DNA of 42,475 nucleotides, from NCBI GenBank assembly GCA_049317925.1, contig JBMOHI010000001.1:1-42475 (forward strand), in the 5' to 3' direction. This document shows positions 20,655-30,099 of this stretch, piece after piece. Below the pieces are notes generated by a model. It was not told the origin of the DNA and searched no databases. It saw only the letters and a program-made list of their open reading frames with translations. Position numbers and translations under genes: made by a program. How positions within the stretch are numbered: position 1 is the stretch's first letter; every line of letters begins with the position of its first letter. Origin of the DNA: Terrimicrobiaceae bacterium (GTDB taxonomy: Bacteria > Verrucomicrobiota > Verrucomicrobiia > Chthoniobacterales > Terrimicrobiaceae).

Positions 20655-21443
20655 ATGCCATTGCTTGAAGTCAAAGATTTGCGCGTCTGGTTTCCTGTCC
20701 TCGGCGGCTTGATGCGCCGGAAGGTGGATGAGATCAAGGCGGTGGACGGGGTCAGTTTTACGGTTGAGGCCGGACAGACGGTCGGCCTGGTCGGCGAAAG
20801 CGGCAGCGGCAAGACGACGGTGGGGCGGGCTTTGCTCAAACTCATTCCGGCCACCTCGGGCGAAGTGACCTTTGACGGACAAAGTCTTCTGCCGATGAGC
20901 GAGGGGCAGTTCCGTCCTTTGCGGCGGGAGATGCAGATGATTTTTCAGGATCCTTTCGGATCGTTGAATCCGCGCATGACCTGCGGGGACATCATCGGCG
21001 AGGCGCTGGAGATCCATTTCCGGGAAATGACGCGCCCCGACCGCCGGGCCAGGGTGGCCGAATTACTCAATCAGGTTGGCCTGAAGGCCGACATGGAAAG
21101 CCGTTACCCGCATGAATTCAGCGGTGGCCAGCGCCAGCGCATTGGCATTGCCCGGGCCCTGGCGGTGAAGCCCCGCTTTATTGTCTGCGACGAACCGGTC
21201 AGTGCGCTCGACGTGAGCGTGCAGGGACAGATCGTCAACTTGCTGGAGGATTTGCAGGAAGAGTTCGGGATTTCCTATCTCTTCATCGCCCACGACCTCG
21301 CGGTGGTGGAACACATCAGCGATGTGGTTCTGGTCATGCATCACGGGCGCATCGTTGAGGCGGCCCCGGCGGAGGAGATTTATCAGAATCCGCAGCATGA
21401 GTACACGAAGACCCTGCTGGCGGCCGTGCCGCAACTGGCGTAG
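20655..21443 (+). CDS. ABC transporter ATP-binding protein, OppF/DppF-like
   Basis: Walker A GESGSGKT, signature FSGGQRQR, Walker [13 protein letters not shown], and an oligopeptide-type C-terminus ([13 protein letters not shown]). No permease or binding-protein gene is adjacent. Confidence 0.9.
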   Translation: MPLLEVKDLRVWFPVLGGLMRRKVDEIKAVDGVSFTVEAGQTVGLVGESGSGKTTVGRALLKLIPATSGEVTFDGQSLLPMSEGQFRPLRREMQMIFQDPFGSLNPRMTCGDIIGEALEIHFREMTRPDRRARVAELLNQVGLKADMESRYPHEFSGGQRQRIGIARALAVKPRFIVCDEPVSALDVSVQGQIVNLLEDLQEEFGISYLFIAHDLAVVEHISDVVLVMHHGRIVEAAPAEEIYQNPQHEYTKTLLAAVPQLA

Positions 21444-21557
21444 GAGAAAATGACGAAGGTCGAATGAAGAATGACGAGTTTATTTTCGTGGCAGAGTCGG
21501 CGCATTTGATGACCATCCCTTTGTCCTTCGGTATTCGCTCTTAGGCATTCCTTAAAC

Positions 21558-22658
21558 ATGCACACCTGGCTTCGCAAATTTCTCGGCATGAACTGGGTTC
21601 TCTTCCTGGTGATGATCGCGTTGCTGGTTTACGGCATTTACTCGATTTACAGCGCGACTTGGATGCGGGGTGAAAACTTCTGGAGCCTGCAGTTGCTGTG
21701 GCTGCTCGTCAGCCTGCCGGTTTTTTTCGCTTTCTCACTGATCGACTATCGCTGGATCCGGTTGGGGGCGGTGCCGCTTTATGTGGTGGGGCTGGTGGCA
21801 CTGGTTGCGACCATGTTCATCGGGGCCAAGCGCTACGGGGCGCGCAGCTGGCTCGATCTGGGAGTCATGAATTTCCAGCCCTCCCAGCTTGCCATTGTCG
21901 CGGGAATCATGACCCTGGCCGTCTACCTCGAAGCCTCGAAGAAGACCCTCCCGTTCCTGCGTATTCTTGCCTGCGGCGCGATCGTCGGTGCGCCGTGGAT
22001 CCTCATCCTCATCCAGCCGGATCTGGGTTCGTGCATCGTCTGGGTGCCGGTTCTGCTGGCCATGATGTTTGTGGGGGCGATTCCGAAACGCTGGCTCATT
22101 TCCATGCTGATTGTTGGACTCGCCATCATTCCGCTGGTGGTCAATTTCGGTCTGAAACCCTATCAATACTCCCGCATCACGACGTTTCTCAATCCCGACC
22201 TCGACCCGCAAGGCGATGGCTGGAACATCAATCAGTCGCTGATCGCCATCGGTTCCGGGGGATTTTCCGGCAAGGGATTCAAGGCGCCCAACACCCAGAA
22301 CGAGCTGGGTTTCCTGCCCGCCACCATCGTTCACAACGATTTTATTTTCTCCGTGATGGGCGAACAGCACGGTTTCGTCGGAGGAGTGATTCTCGTGGCC
22401 GTGCTGCTGCTGCTCTTTCTCATCATGCTCTACGTTGCCATCGAGTCCGATGATGACCTCGGGCGATTATTGGTGGTGGGAATCGTCATGCTGCTCTTCA
22501 CCCACACCTTCATGAACATCGGGATGACGATATCGGTCACGCCCATCACCGGTCTGCCGTTGCCGTTTATCAGTTATGGCGGATCCTTTCTGATGATCAC
22601 GCTCTTCAGCATGGGCATCGTGCAAAGCGTCTGGATCCACCGCAAGGTGGTGCGGTAA
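21558..22658 (+). CDS. rodA: FtsW/RodA/SpoVE-family peptidoglycan polymerase (RodA-like by length)
   Basis: 366 aa polytopic membrane protein. Motifs QPSQLA, GSGGFSGKGF, TDFIFSV-like (NDFIFSVMGEQHGF) and PLPFISYGGS. Confidence 0.85.
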   Translation: MHTWLRKFLGMNWVLFLVMIALLVYGIYSIYSATWMRGENFWSLQLLWLLVSLPVFFAFSLIDYRWIRLGAVPLYVVGLVALVATMFIGAKRYGARSWLDLGVMNFQPSQLAIVAGIMTLAVYLEASKKTLPFLRILACGAIVGAPWILILIQPDLGSCIVWVPVLLAMMFVGAIPKRWLISMLIVGLAIIPLVVNFGLKPYQYSRITTFLNPDLDPQGDGWNINQSLIAIGSGGFSGKGFKAPNTQNELGFLPATIVHNDFIFSVMGEQHGFVGGVILVAVLLLLFLIMLYVAIESDDDLGRLLVVGIVMLLFTHTFMNIGMTISVTPITGLPLPFISYGGSFLMITLFSMGIVQSVWIHRKVVR

Positions 22659-22714
22659 TCATCCGCAGCCTCGCCTGTGAGGGCGTGGAGAGTGACTCGC
22701 CTGAGTGGCTCAGG

Positions 22715-22738
22715 CCACCGTCTCACGACGTCGGCTAC
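22715..22738. repeat. Diverged REP-like unit between convergent rodA and murA
   Basis: CCACCGTCTCACGACGTCGGCTAC. Degenerate related fragments flank it (22664-22690 and GACGACGGCTAC at 22751). Confidence 0.55.
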
Positions 22739-22758
22739 ACCGGCGCTCCGGACGACGG

Positions 22759-24018
22759 CTACACCTTGACCCGCTCGATATGGGCTCCGAGTGAATTGAG
22801 CTTCTCGTCAATGCTCTCGTAGCCGCGATCAATGTGGTAAACGCGGTTGATCTCCGTCGTGCCTTCGGCCTGGAGTCCGGCCAGCACCAACGCGGCCGAG
22901 GCGCGCAAGTCGCTGGCCATGACCGGGGCGCCGCTCAATTGCGCCACGCCGTTAATCACCGCGGTCGAGCCCTGCAGTTCGATATTTGCGCCCATGCGTT
23001 TGAGTTCGGCCACATGCATGTACCGCTGGGGAAAAATGTTCTCGGTGATGACGCTGATGCCATCGGTGGTGGCAAGCAGGGCGCACATCTGGGCCTGCAT
23101 GTCGGTGGGAAAACCCGGATAGGGTTGCGTTTCCAGCTTGAGCGGCCGGCGGTTGCCGTTGGCCCGCAGGGTGACTTCCTGGTTTCCGGTGGTGATGGAA
23201 TATCCCGCCTGGATCAGGGGATCGGTGAGGGATTTCAAATGCGCGGGATCCGTACGCTTGAGCGTGACCTCTTTGCCGGAGATGGCCGCTGCGACCAGAA
23301 ACGTGCCGGCTTCGATGCGGTCGGGAATGACGTCGTGTTCCGCGCCGTGCAGTTCCTTCACGCCTTCAATGATGATGCGACGTGTGCCGGCTCCTTCGAT
23401 TTTCGCGCCCATTTTGATGAGGAAATTCGCCAGGTCCACTACCTCGGGCTCGGCGGCGGCACCGTCAATAACGGTCGTGCCTTCGGCCAAAACGGCAGCC
23501 ATCATCACATTGTCCGTCCCCAGAACGGTCGAGCCGAATTTGCCGCGCATGTTGATGGTGGCGCCGCGCAGTTCGGGGGCCAGGACCTTCACGTTGCCCG
23601 CTTGAACCAGAACGGCGGCTCCCAGGGCCTCGAAGCCCTTGAGATGAATGTCAATCGGACGATCGCCGATGATACAACCGCCGGGCAGGGAAACGGTGGC
23701 CTCCTTTTCGCGGCCGAGAAGAGGGCCGAGGATGCAAACCGAGGCGCGCATTTTCCGCACGATATCGTACGGAGCCTCGGTCAGGACTTTCTCGGCCTTG
23801 ACCGTGACTGTGCCGCTGGCGCGTTCGACCTCGCAGCCGAGTTCGCTCAGAATCGTCAGCATGTAGTGAATGTCACTGAGATCGGGCACCCGCGAGATGG
23901 TGCAGGGTTCCTTGGTCAGCAAGGTTGCCGCCAGGATGGGCAGGGCGGAATTTTTCGATCCGCTGATGCGCACGGACCCGTTAAGCGTGGCCCCGCCGTG
24001 AACGATGATTTTATCCAT
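22759..24018 (-). CDS. murA: UDP-N-acetylglucosamine 1-carboxyvinyltransferase
   Basis: ORF 22759..24237. Real start is the ATG at 24018 (MDKIIVHGGATLNGSVRISGSKNSALPILAA...). 419 aa. Confidence 0.95.
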   Translation of the reverse strand: MDKIIVHGGATLNGSVRISGSKNSALPILAATLLTKEPCTISRVPDLSDIHYMLTILSELGCEVERASGTVTVKAEKVLTEAPYDIVRKMRASVCILGPLLGREKEATVSLPGGCIIGDRPIDIHLKGFEALGAAVLVQAGNVKVLAPELRGATINMRGKFGSTVLGTDNVMMAAVLAEGTTVIDGAAAEPEVVDLANFLIKMGAKIEGAGTRRIIIEGVKELHGAEHDVIPDRIEAGTFLVAAAISGKEVTLKRTDPAHLKSLTDPLIQAGYSITTGNQEVTLRANGNRRPLKLETQPYPGFPTDMQAQMCALLATTDGISVITENIFPQRYMHVAELKRMGANIELQGSTAVINGVAQLSGAPVMASDLRASAALVLAGLQAEGTTEINRVYHIDRGYESIDEKLNSLGAHIERVKV

Positions 24019-24104
24019 ATCTTCGGGTCGTAGATAGACGCCGGAGGAGGTGATGTCGAGTGCCCTTGCTGACGGAGCCGAGGATGGAACGGCGAACTTC
24101 GCGG

Positions 24105-24722
24105 TTAAGACTTCGGATTGAGTCCGGGGCGGATCGAGGCGAGTTCCGCTTCGAGTTCGGCAATCCGGGCTTTCATGGGGGCGATCGCTTCCTGCACCTC
24201 GGCGGTGCTGTAGCGCGGGGTGATATACTTCGGGCAATTCCAGTCGTAACCAACCACTTCGATTTGGACGATACGCTCGACGATCCGCCGGGTGTCGGGT
24301 TCGGCCAGTTGGGGCACGAGATCGGCGTGGTCCCGCGCGTCAAGGACCCGGGCATGGCCCAGGATTTTGAGCCGGGCACGATGAGGGTAATCCATGAGGA
24401 ACAGGCAGACTCGGTCATTGTCGGAGACGTTTCCGGTCGTGAGCATCTGCCGGTTGCCCATGTAATCGGCAAAGGCGAGCGTTGACGGACTGGTCGCACG
24501 GAGAAATCCCGGCCGGCCCCCGCGATGTTGGATGTAGGGCCAGGAATCGGAATTTACGCTTGCCAGGTAGAAGCTGTCCCGCGATTCGATGAATTGGATC
24601 TCGTCCGGCGTGAGCACATCATTGTGCGTCACGGTTCCGGCGGGCTGGGACTTGCCAAAGTAGTGTTCCTGCGCCTTCAGCACGGAAGGCGTCGAGGCGA
24701 TTTTCATGAATTGCGCGGCCAT
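24105..24722 (-). CDS. Pyridoxamine 5'-phosphate oxidase-family FMN-binding protein
   Basis: 205 aa. Split-barrel family pattern (SFYLASVNSDSWPYIQHRGGRPGFLR, MLTTGN, RVCLFLMDY) with a short C-terminal coiled segment. Confidence 0.75.
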   Translation of the reverse strand: MAAQFMKIASTPSVLKAQEHYFGKSQPAGTVTHNDVLTPDEIQFIESRDSFYLASVNSDSWPYIQHRGGRPGFLRATSPSTLAFADYMGNRQMLTTGNVSDNDRVCLFLMDYPHRARLKILGHARVLDARDHADLVPQLAEPDTRRIVERIVQIEVVGYDWNCPKYITPRYSTAEVQEAIAPMKARIAELEAELASIRPGLNPKS

Positions 24723-24857
24723 GGAATTCTGCAGGCGGGAGGTTAAGTTAGTGCTTCACTTTTGCGGACCATTTAGGAACTGCAAGATCAGGCAGGCAAT
24801 CTCTTCTCGTATTGACCGAAAGGATTCTTGCGATTCCAGAAACCGGGCGGTGCGACG

Positions 24858-25709
24858 CTAAGGCTGGCCTTCGTCTTTTCGGGAGGCCAGTACGAATCTC
24901 TCAAGGTCCTGAAAATCCTTGTGGATGGCGATATTCTGAAATCCGTTCTCATTCAGAATGTCGCGGACGCGCGGCGCTTGATCATGACCGATTTCCAAGG
25001 CGAGGGTGCCGCCTTCGGCCAGGCGTTGTGGGCAATGGCTGATGAGACGGGTAATGATGCTCAGCCCATCGGGACCTCCGTCAAGCGCCAGGGCAGGATC
25101 GCGCTGCACCTCGGGTTGAAGGGCTGGGAGGTCGCCGCTGGGGATGTAGGGCAGGTTGGCGACGATCAGGTCGAACCGCGTTTCTCCGGGAGGAAAAAGG
25201 TCGGCTTGGAAAAAGTTCACGGTCTCCCCGAGCGCGTGCCGCGAGGCGTTGTCCTTCGCCAGCGCCAACGCATCCGCGGAGAGATCTGTGGCGGAAACAT
25301 TCACTCCGGGACGTTCGAGAGCCAGGGTGAGGGCGATCACGCCGGAGCCGGTGCCGACGTCGAGGAGCGTGGCAGGTTGGGTCTTGAGATTCGCGAGGAT
25401 CAACTCAACGAGTTGCTCGGTTTCCGGGCGGGGAATCAGCGCCCGCGAGTCGCAGAGGAAGGAGCGGCCGAAAAATTCCGCCGTGCCGAGAAGATGTTGG
25501 AGGGGTTTTCCGTTGCCGCGGTCCCTGACCAGATCGCGCAGCGGGGCCCGCTCGGCGTCGGAGAGCGGGCGGTCGAATTCGAGATAAAGATCGAGGCGTT
25601 TTTTGCCGAGCGAATGGGCGAGGAGATGCTCGGCGTTGAGCCGGGGGCTTTCGACGCCGTGCTTGGTGAGGTAGCCGGTTGCTGCGGTGAGGGTCTCGAG
25701 GACGGTCAT
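24858..25709 (-). CDS. prmC: Release factor glutamine N5-methyltransferase
   Basis: ORF 24858..25784. Real start is the ATG at 25709 (MTVLETLTAATGYLTKHGVESPRLNAEHLL...). SAM motif LDVGTGSGVIAL and substrate motif IVANLPYIP. Confidence 0.9.
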   Translation of the reverse strand: MTVLETLTAATGYLTKHGVESPRLNAEHLLAHSLGKKRLDLYLEFDRPLSDAERAPLRDLVRDRGNGKPLQHLLGTAEFFGRSFLCDSRALIPRPETEQLVELILANLKTQPATLLDVGTGSGVIALTLALERPGVNVSATDLSADALALAKDNASRHALGETVNFFQADLFPPGETRFDLIVANLPYIPSGDLPALQPEVQRDPALALDGGPDGLSIITRLISHCPQRLAEGGTLALEIGHDQAPRVRDILNENGFQNIAIHKDFQDLERFVLASRKDEGQP

Positions 25710-25721
25710 CGCGGTGCTACG

Positions 25722-25799
25722 GTTGATGGTTGAGTGTTGATGGTTGAGGGGAAGAATTGCATGCGGCGTCTTTCCAGTCCTCAACCCCGAACCTTCAAC
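25722..25799. repeat. Heptad-periodic direct repeat plus complementary arms between leuD and prmC
   Basis: GTTGATGGTTGAG occurs at 25722-25734 and again at 25736-25748. GGTTGAGG (25742-25749) pairs with CCTCAACC (25779-25786). A related CCTTCAAC lies at 25792-25799. Confidence 0.5.
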
Positions 25800-25805
25800 G
25801 CGACT

Positions 25806-26411
25806 TCACGCCGCTTCGAAATAGGGCAGGGTTCCCGCAACTTTTTTGATGTCGGGGATGCCCTCCAGCAGATCGGCGATGGCGTCCCATTTGCCGCTGA
25901 CCAGGGCTTCGTGGGCATGGCTGGGCAGACTGGCTTTGAAGTCCATGTCGGCCGCCGAAACCTTGCCTTCGAGCAAATCCAGCGTGATCAATTGCGCGGG
26001 GTCGCGGTTGACCAGATCGGCCAGGGCGGCGATGTCCGCCTTGGACATAACCGCACAGGGGATGCCGAGGGTGGTGGAGTTGCCGAAAAAGATCTCGGCA
26101 AAGCTTTCCGCCAGCACAGCCCGGAAGCCGAAGCGGTAGAGGGCCTGCGGGGCATGTTCGCGCGAGCTCCCGCAGCCGAAATTCGAGCCGGAGAGCAGAA
26201 TACTCGCTCCGAGAAACCGCGGGTCGTTGAGAGGGTGGGCCTTCTCCGACCCATCGGCGTTGCGCCGCTCGTCGTAGAAGGCATACTCGCCCAATCCGTC
26301 AAACGTCACGCACTTCATGAAGCGGGCGGGGATGATGCGGTCGGTATCAATATCCTCTCCGGGCACATAAACACCCCGTCCTGCCACTTGGATTATTTTT
26401 TCTAAAGCCAT
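25806..26411 (-). CDS. leuD: 3-isopropylmalate dehydratase small subunit
   Basis: 201 aa. GSNFGCGSSREHAPQAL motif. Immediately downstream of leuC. Confidence 0.95.
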   Translation of the reverse strand: MALEKIIQVAGRGVYVPGEDIDTDRIIPARFMKCVTFDGLGEYAFYDERRNADGSEKAHPLNDPRFLGASILLSGSNFGCGSSREHAPQALYRFGFRAVLAESFAEIFFGNSTTLGIPCAVMSKADIAALADLVNRDPAQLITLDLLEGKVSAADMDFKASLPSHAHEALVSGKWDAIADLLEGIPDIKKVAGTLPYFEAA

Positions 26412-26429
26412 AGTAAATAATGTTTTTAA

Positions 26430-27839
26430 TTAACTCAATACGAACAACTCACGAGCATCGGATATCTCCCCGGTGATCGCCGCCGCGGCCACCATGAGGG
26501 GGCTCATGAGGACGGTGCGTCCGGTCGGGCTGCCTTGGCGGCCCTTGAAGTTCCGGTTGCTGGAACTGGCGCAAAGCTGGTCGCCGACCAGTTGGTCGGG
26601 GTTCATGCCAAGGCACATGGAGCAGCCCGCGCCGCGCCATTCGAACCCGGCATCGCGGAAAATCTCCGCCAGTCCCATTTGTTCGGCAATCAGTGAGACG
26701 CCCTGCGAGCCGGGAACCACAATGGCCTTCACGCCAGCTTTGACCTTTTTGCCTTTCAGGTAATGGGCCACTTCGGTGAGGTCACTCAGGCGGCCGTTGG
26801 TGCAGCTTCCCAGAAAAGCGACATCCACCTTGGTGCCCTTGATGGGCTGGCCGGCCTTCAAATGCATGTGAACGAGGGCCTCTTCGGCGGTGGCGCGGTC
26901 TTTTTCGGGCAATTCACCGGCGGTTGGCACCTTTTCATCGATGAAGATGGCCTGTCCGGGGTTGATGCCCCAGGTCACGGTCGGGCTGATTTCCGAAGCC
27001 TGATACGTGATCACGTCGTCATACTTGGCGCCTGGATCGGAGGCGAAGGACTTCCAGCGGGCGACGGCGGCGTCCCAATCAGCGGGTTTCGGCGCGTAGG
27101 GGCGGCCTTTCAGATAGGCAAAGGTCGTTTCATCGGGATTGACGTAGCCGACGCGCGCACCGCCCTCGATGGACATGTTGCAAACGGTCATGCGCTCTTC
27201 CTGAGTGAAGGCGTCAAAAGTCGAGCCGCCATATTCGTAGGCGTAGCCGAGGCCGCCATTGACCCCGAGTTTGCGGATGATGTGCAGAATGACGTCTTTG
27301 GCATAGACGCCGGGCGAAAGTTTGCCTTCGACGTTGATGCGGCGGACTTTGGGTTTGTGGATGGCCATCGTCTGGGTGGCCAGCACGTCGCGCACCTGGC
27401 TGGTGCCGATGCCGAAGGCGATGGCCCCGAAGGCCCCATGAGTCGAGGTATGGGAATCGCCACAGGCGATGGTGGTGCCGGGCTGGGTGATGCCCTGTTC
27501 GGGTCCGACGATGTGAACGATGCCCTGCTTGCCGCTGGGCAGATCGAAAAAGGTGACCCCGGACTCCGCGCAGTTTTTGCGCAGCGCCTTGATCATGTCA
27601 TCGGCGAGCTGATCGGAGAAAGGTTCCTCCCGCTCGTCCGTGGGAACAATATGATCCACCGTGGCGAAAGTGCGCTGCGGATAAAGGACCTTGAGTCCCA
27701 GATCGCGCAACATCCCGAAAGCCTGCGGACTGGTCACCTCGTGGATGAGGTGGGTGCCGATGAGAAGCTGGGTGGCTCCATTCGGCAATACCCGCACGGC
27801 GTGCGCCTCCCAGACCTTATCCAACAATGTTTTGCTCAT
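26430..27839 (-). CDS. leuC: 3-isopropylmalate dehydratase large subunit
   Basis: ORF 26430..28118. Real start is the ATG at 27839 ([15 protein letters not shown]...). 469 aa. Aconitase-family Cys ligand motifs ([15 protein letters not shown]). Confidence 0.95.
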   Translation of the reverse strand: MSKTLLDKVWEAHAVRVLPNGATQLLIGTHLIHEVTSPQAFGMLRDLGLKVLYPQRTFATVDHIVPTDEREEPFSDQLADDMIKALRKNCAESGVTFFDLPSGKQGIVHIVGPEQGITQPGTTIACGDSHTSTHGAFGAIAFGIGTSQVRDVLATQTMAIHKPKVRRINVEGKLSPGVYAKDVILHIIRKLGVNGGLGYAYEYGGSTFDAFTQEERMTVCNMSIEGGARVGYVNPDETTFAYLKGRPYAPKPADWDAAVARWKSFASDPGAKYDDVITYQASEISPTVTWGINPGQAIFIDEKVPTAGELPEKDRATAEEALVHMHLKAGQPIKGTKVDVAFLGSCTNGRLSDLTEVAHYLKGKKVKAGVKAIVVPGSQGVSLIAEQMGLAEIFRDAGFEWRGAGCSMCLGMNPDQLVGDQLCASSSNRNFKGRQGSPTGRTVLMSPLMVAAAAITGEISDARELFVLS

Positions 27840-27963
27840 AATCGTGATGAAATTGCGCCTGAAGGCGAACTGGCAATCATCGTTCCAACCGGCAGCGAGC
27901 GCAAGTTTCTTGTCATTCGCCTCTCCTTGGGCCAGATTGAAGGAGAGTTTTTTCTCCCCTGCT

Positions 27964-28539
27964 ATGCCCATCGAAAATCCGGAAAATTGGTACCTGAAAA
28001 AACACGAGAACGGCGAGATTTTCGGTCCGGTGTCTTTTGTCAAAATCCGCGACTGGGCGCGTTCCGCGCAGGTCAATCCGCAGGACATGCTGTCCAACGA
28101 CAAAACCATCTGGACCAAGGCCCCGATGATCCCGGAGATGGAGATGGATTGGCTGGTCGTGGTCGGTGAAAATTTGCTCTATGGTCCCACGACGCAGGAG
28201 GCGCTGCTCGAGTTTGACCAACTTGGGGAGATTTCGCCCGGAACTCCGCTGGTCAATTGTTGCACCGGGCAGGCCACGACGTTGCAGGAGACCTCGTTCT
28301 ACAAGGCGGCGCAGCTGGAACCGAAAGAAGAAAAGATTCCCTCGAACTCCATCATGGCGATGTTGCAACAGCCCGGTCCGGGCGGTTTGCGCGCCAACCT
28401 GCAAAAACGAATCCGGGAATTGGAAGTCGGCTTGCTCGATAAACGCCGCAAGCTCATGGCCGCGGAGGAAACGATTGCCCGCCTGGAAGCCAGGATCAGG
28501 GAACTCGAAAAGGAATCAGGCGGCCTGCGCAAGGGGTAG
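27964..28539 (+). CDS. Hypothetical protein with two GYF_2-like (DUF4339) repeats and a C-terminal coiled coil
   Basis: ORF 27691..28539. The upstream part overlaps leuC, so the likely start is the ATG at 27964 ([34 protein letters not shown]...). Second repeat is [34 protein letters not shown]. The tail [39 protein letters not shown] is heptad-like. Confidence 0.6.
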   Translation: MPIENPENWYLKKHENGEIFGPVSFVKIRDWARSAQVNPQDMLSNDKTIWTKAPMIPEMEMDWLVVVGENLLYGPTTQEALLEFDQLGEISPGTPLVNCCTGQATTLQETSFYKAAQLEPKEEKIPSNSIMAMLQQPGPGGLRANLQKRIRELEVGLLDKRRKLMAAEETIARLEARIRELEKESGGLRKG

Positions 28540-28602
28540 TCGTTCTGGTAGCCACGGCACTACGTTGCCGTTCCGGGGAGCCGACCCAAGAACAGTTGGC
28601 CT

Positions 28603-30099
28603 CTACTTGTCGCCGAGATTTTCCAGCGCCGGAATCCCGTAGTCCTGCATGAGCTGGCCTTTGCCTTCCTCCACTTCCGCCGCGTCGAGCGCGATGAATC
28701 CGGGATCCTGTTCGAATTCGATGCGATGGAAACCGTCCTTCGGTGCCGCCGCGGCGCGGGCGAGGTCTTCCAAACTTTTGATTTCCACTCCGTTCACTTT
28801 GGTTACGACGAGGTGGTCGAGGTTTTCGTAGCCGAGTGTATTCGGTGAGGGCAGGACCTGGCTGAGGAAAACAATCTTGCCGCGGTCGATGGGCAGTTCG
28901 TTTTGGAAAGCGTCGAGATAGACCAGCCGCTGGGGCGCCTCTTTGACCCAGCCCGAACCCCATTCCTGAAGATAAGGACGCGAAAGCTCCTGAAAAACCA
29001 GTCCTCCCAAAATGAAATAGCGGGGCTGCGTTCCGAAAATGTAGGGTTCGCTTACCACATTCTTCCGGTCAAACGCTCCGAGCACGACAGGGATTACCTG
29101 GCGTTTGCCGTCGCGCTGAATGGTGAACTCGATGGTGTCACCGACCTTGGCCAGGGTGTTGGTGAGATGGCTGAAGGAGATTTTTCCGAAGTCGGCGTTA
29201 TCGTAGTTGCCGTCCTGGTCCACCGGCTTTCCCACCACGGCCAGGATAATGTCGCCTTTGCGAAGTCCGGCCTTATCCGCCGGGCTGCCGGGTCTCACCT
29301 CGGTCAAATAGACGCCGCCGTCCTCGGTCAGTCCGATGTAGCGGCGGAATTGCGGATCACGGGTCGAGGCGAAGGCAATGCCCGCGCGGGGGAATCCGGA
29401 ATACTTCTCCGCTTTCGCGTCGGCCAGGAAATGAGCGATGACCGGAGCGGGGATCAAATCCGCCGTCTGGCTGCGCGAGTCGTAGCGCATGAGGAGCCCC
29501 AGCAAGTTGCCGTTGCGCACGGCCGGCACCGTGAAGCTGCCCTCGCGGCTTTGCAGCGGGGAACTGATGCGATACGTGAGCAGCGAAATATAGTCGAGCG
29601 GATACCCCGCGACGGTGATGGTGGTGATGATGGCCGGGGTTTCCGCGATGAGTCCGTTGCTTTCCAGTTGGAGAATGGAGGCCTTGTCGCCGACCCGCGC
29701 TCCGTCGTCGAGGGGGAGGGGTTTGGCGTTGTTGAGAAAATCCGGATTGACCGGACGGAGCAGGGCCAGATTGCTGTCGTAATCCACCACCACGACCTCG
29801 GCGGCGGATTTTTCGGCCGAGGCGGATTTCTCCAACTCCACATAAGTGTGGTTGGCCACGATCTCAGCTGTGACCAGAACCCGGTTGTCCGGCATCACGA
29901 CGCCCAAGCCGCGGCGCATGTAGGGGGCTTTCTTGGTCCAGGGCCGGAAAAAATCAAATGCCTGGCTGGTCGCATTGACCCGGACGAGCGAGTCGTTGCT
30001 GACGGACTGGGGAGTCTTTTCCCGCGGCGGTGATCCCGCGCTGGCCCGGAGGGACTGGGGCAGGAGAAGGACGAAAAGAAGAGCGGCCAGATGTTTCAT
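28603..30099 (-). CDS. Secreted Deg/Nma111-like protease paralog with all three catalytic residues substituted (predicted pseudoprotease) plus PDZ-like region
   Basis: 498 aa with signal peptide MKHLAALLFVLLLPQSLRASA. Colinear with the upstream protease, but TNAHVV becomes VTAEIV (Glu codon 29863-29865), DCDLALL becomes DSNLALL (Asn codon 29770-29772) and GNSGGPV becomes GSFTVPA (Phe codon 29533-29535). Confidence 0.85.
   Translation of the reverse strand: MKHLAALLFVLLLPQSLRASAGSPPREKTPQSVSNDSLVRVNATSQAFDFFRPWTKKAPYMRRGLGVVMPDNRVLVTAEIVANHTYVELEKSASAEKSAAEVVVVDYDSNLALLRPVNPDFLNNAKPLPLDDGARVGDKASILQLESNGLIAETPAIITTITVAGYPLDYISLLTYRISSPLQSREGSFTVPAVRNGNLLGLLMRYDSRSQTADLIPAPVIAHFLADAKAEKYSGFPRAGIAFASTRDPQFRRYIGLTEDGGVYLTEVRPGSPADKAGLRKGDIILAVVGKPVDQDGNYDNADFGKISFSHLTNTLAKVGDTIEFTIQRDGKRQVIPVVLGAFDRKNVVSEPYIFGTQPRYFILGGLVFQELSRPYLQEWGSGWVKEAPQRLVYLDAFQNELPIDRGKIVFLSQVLPSPNTLGYENLDHLVVTKVNGVEIKSLEDLARAAAAPKDGFHRIEFEQDPGFIALDAAEVEEGKGQLMQDYGIPALENLGDK

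Noticed and set aside
21449-21476. Direct repeat AATGACGA(A/G) x2 in the AT-rich region upstream of rodA as a possible operator
   Set aside because: The repeat is only 8-9 nt with no symmetry, and there is no supporting second locus. The evidence is insufficient.
27691-27963. N-terminal extension of the GYF-repeat ORF, and similar 5' extensions of leuC (to 28118), murA (to 24237), kup (to 33901), prmC, the LuxR regulator and the Deg protease
   Set aside because: The extensions overlap neighbouring genes or intergenic repeats and are Arg/Pro-rich. Internal ATGs give N-termini matching the conserved starts of each family.
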